Source of the DNA: an uncultured Candidatus Bathyarchaeia archaeon
GTDB taxonomy: Archaea > Thermoproteota > Bathyarchaeia > Bathyarchaeales > Bathyarchaeaceae
Length of the DNA: 64,000 nt
Direction: 5' to 3'
Assembly: GCA_964399485.1 (NCBI GenBank)
Contig: CAYNQS010000001.1
Span: 64,797-128,796, forward strand
The notes beneath the pieces were generated by a model, which had not been told where the DNA came from, did not search any database, and saw nothing but the letters and a program-made list of their open reading frames with translations. Position 1 is the stretch's first letter. Every line of letters begins with the position of its first letter. The position numbers were made by a program, and so were the translations under genes. Positions 63,838 to 64,000 of the stretch are shown in pieces.

Positions 63838-64000
63838 ATGATGTATCGCGCAAGAATCGAAGTCAGTCTCAAACCGGGGCACTCAGACCCGGAGGGAGAA
63901 ATGACCGCACAGTCCTTGAGGGAACTGAAGTTTTCCGCCAAAAAAGTCAGCGTAAGCAAAGTTTACACCATAGTTTTTGAGGCAGAATCCAGAGAAAAAG
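63838..64000 (+). CDS. purS: Phosphoribosylformylglycinamidine synthase subunit PurS, 3' end outside window
   Basis: MMYRARIEVSLKPGHSDPEGEMTAQSLRELKF matches the PurS pattern. Runs off the window edge. Confidence 0.8.
   Translation, partial: MMYRARIEVSLKPGHSDPEGEMTAQSLRELKFSAKKVSVSKVYTIVFEAESREK

Noticed and set aside
1-64000. CRISPR arrays, rRNA genes, transposases and integrases
   Set aside because: No regularly spaced repeat-spacer structure was found, and the M1 and M2 repeats are irregularly spaced and intergenic. No rRNA-like sequence and no ORF with transposase or integrase motifs was seen.

Overview
This window looks like a densely coded archaeal chromosome segment, probably from an anaerobe. 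Archaeal hallmarks include ABCE1, Alba, ribosomal protein L40e, Pth2, Cgi121, Dph5 and Dph6, the CTP-type riboflavin kinase with RibL, a geranylgeranyl reductase and an interrupted tRNA. Many genes have GGAGGTGA-like ribosome-binding sites with frequent GTG or TTG starts, and radical SAM enzymes are numerous. Lineage cannot be assigned from the sequence alone. Most of the window is housekeeping: translation and tRNA modification, purine salvage and synthesis, flavin cofactor genes and proteases.

Observations worth a second look:
1. At 54.1-62.3 kb, a type-II ABC importer (binding protein, permease, ATPase with an extra C-terminal domain) is interleaved with or followed by four radical SAM genes: a small one, two NirJ/AhbC/AhbD-like SPASM paralogs with patchy gene conversion, and a HemN-like one.
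2. A 62-nt element occurs as two inverted copies (57/62 identical). Each has its own TATA-like box about 30 nt upstream and mutually exclusive GTCAA/TTGAC helices, and each points into one of two convergent radical SAM genes. It is a candidate cis-regulatory leader or small RNA.
3. A roughly 55-60 nt double-hairpin intergenic repeat family has at least 7 clear copies plus degenerate ones, mostly at gene 3' ends.
4. A 2.1-kb AT-rich insertion is bounded by 23-nt direct repeats that duplicate the 3' end of a small zinc-ribbon gene. It carries one orphan 449-aa protein with two mirrored C-x3-C modules.
5. A heliorhodopsin gene.
6. A lone AIPR-type abortive-infection gene sits in an AT-rich islet.
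7. Two orphan tRNA 3'-end-like fragments and a tRNA with a 25-nt interruption in its anticodon arm.
8. Duplicated secreted CBM9/DOMON-like proteins and duplicated 60-aa coiled-coil proteins.

No rRNA, CRISPR array, transposase or integrase was seen. All family assignments come from motif recognition by eye, not from database searches.
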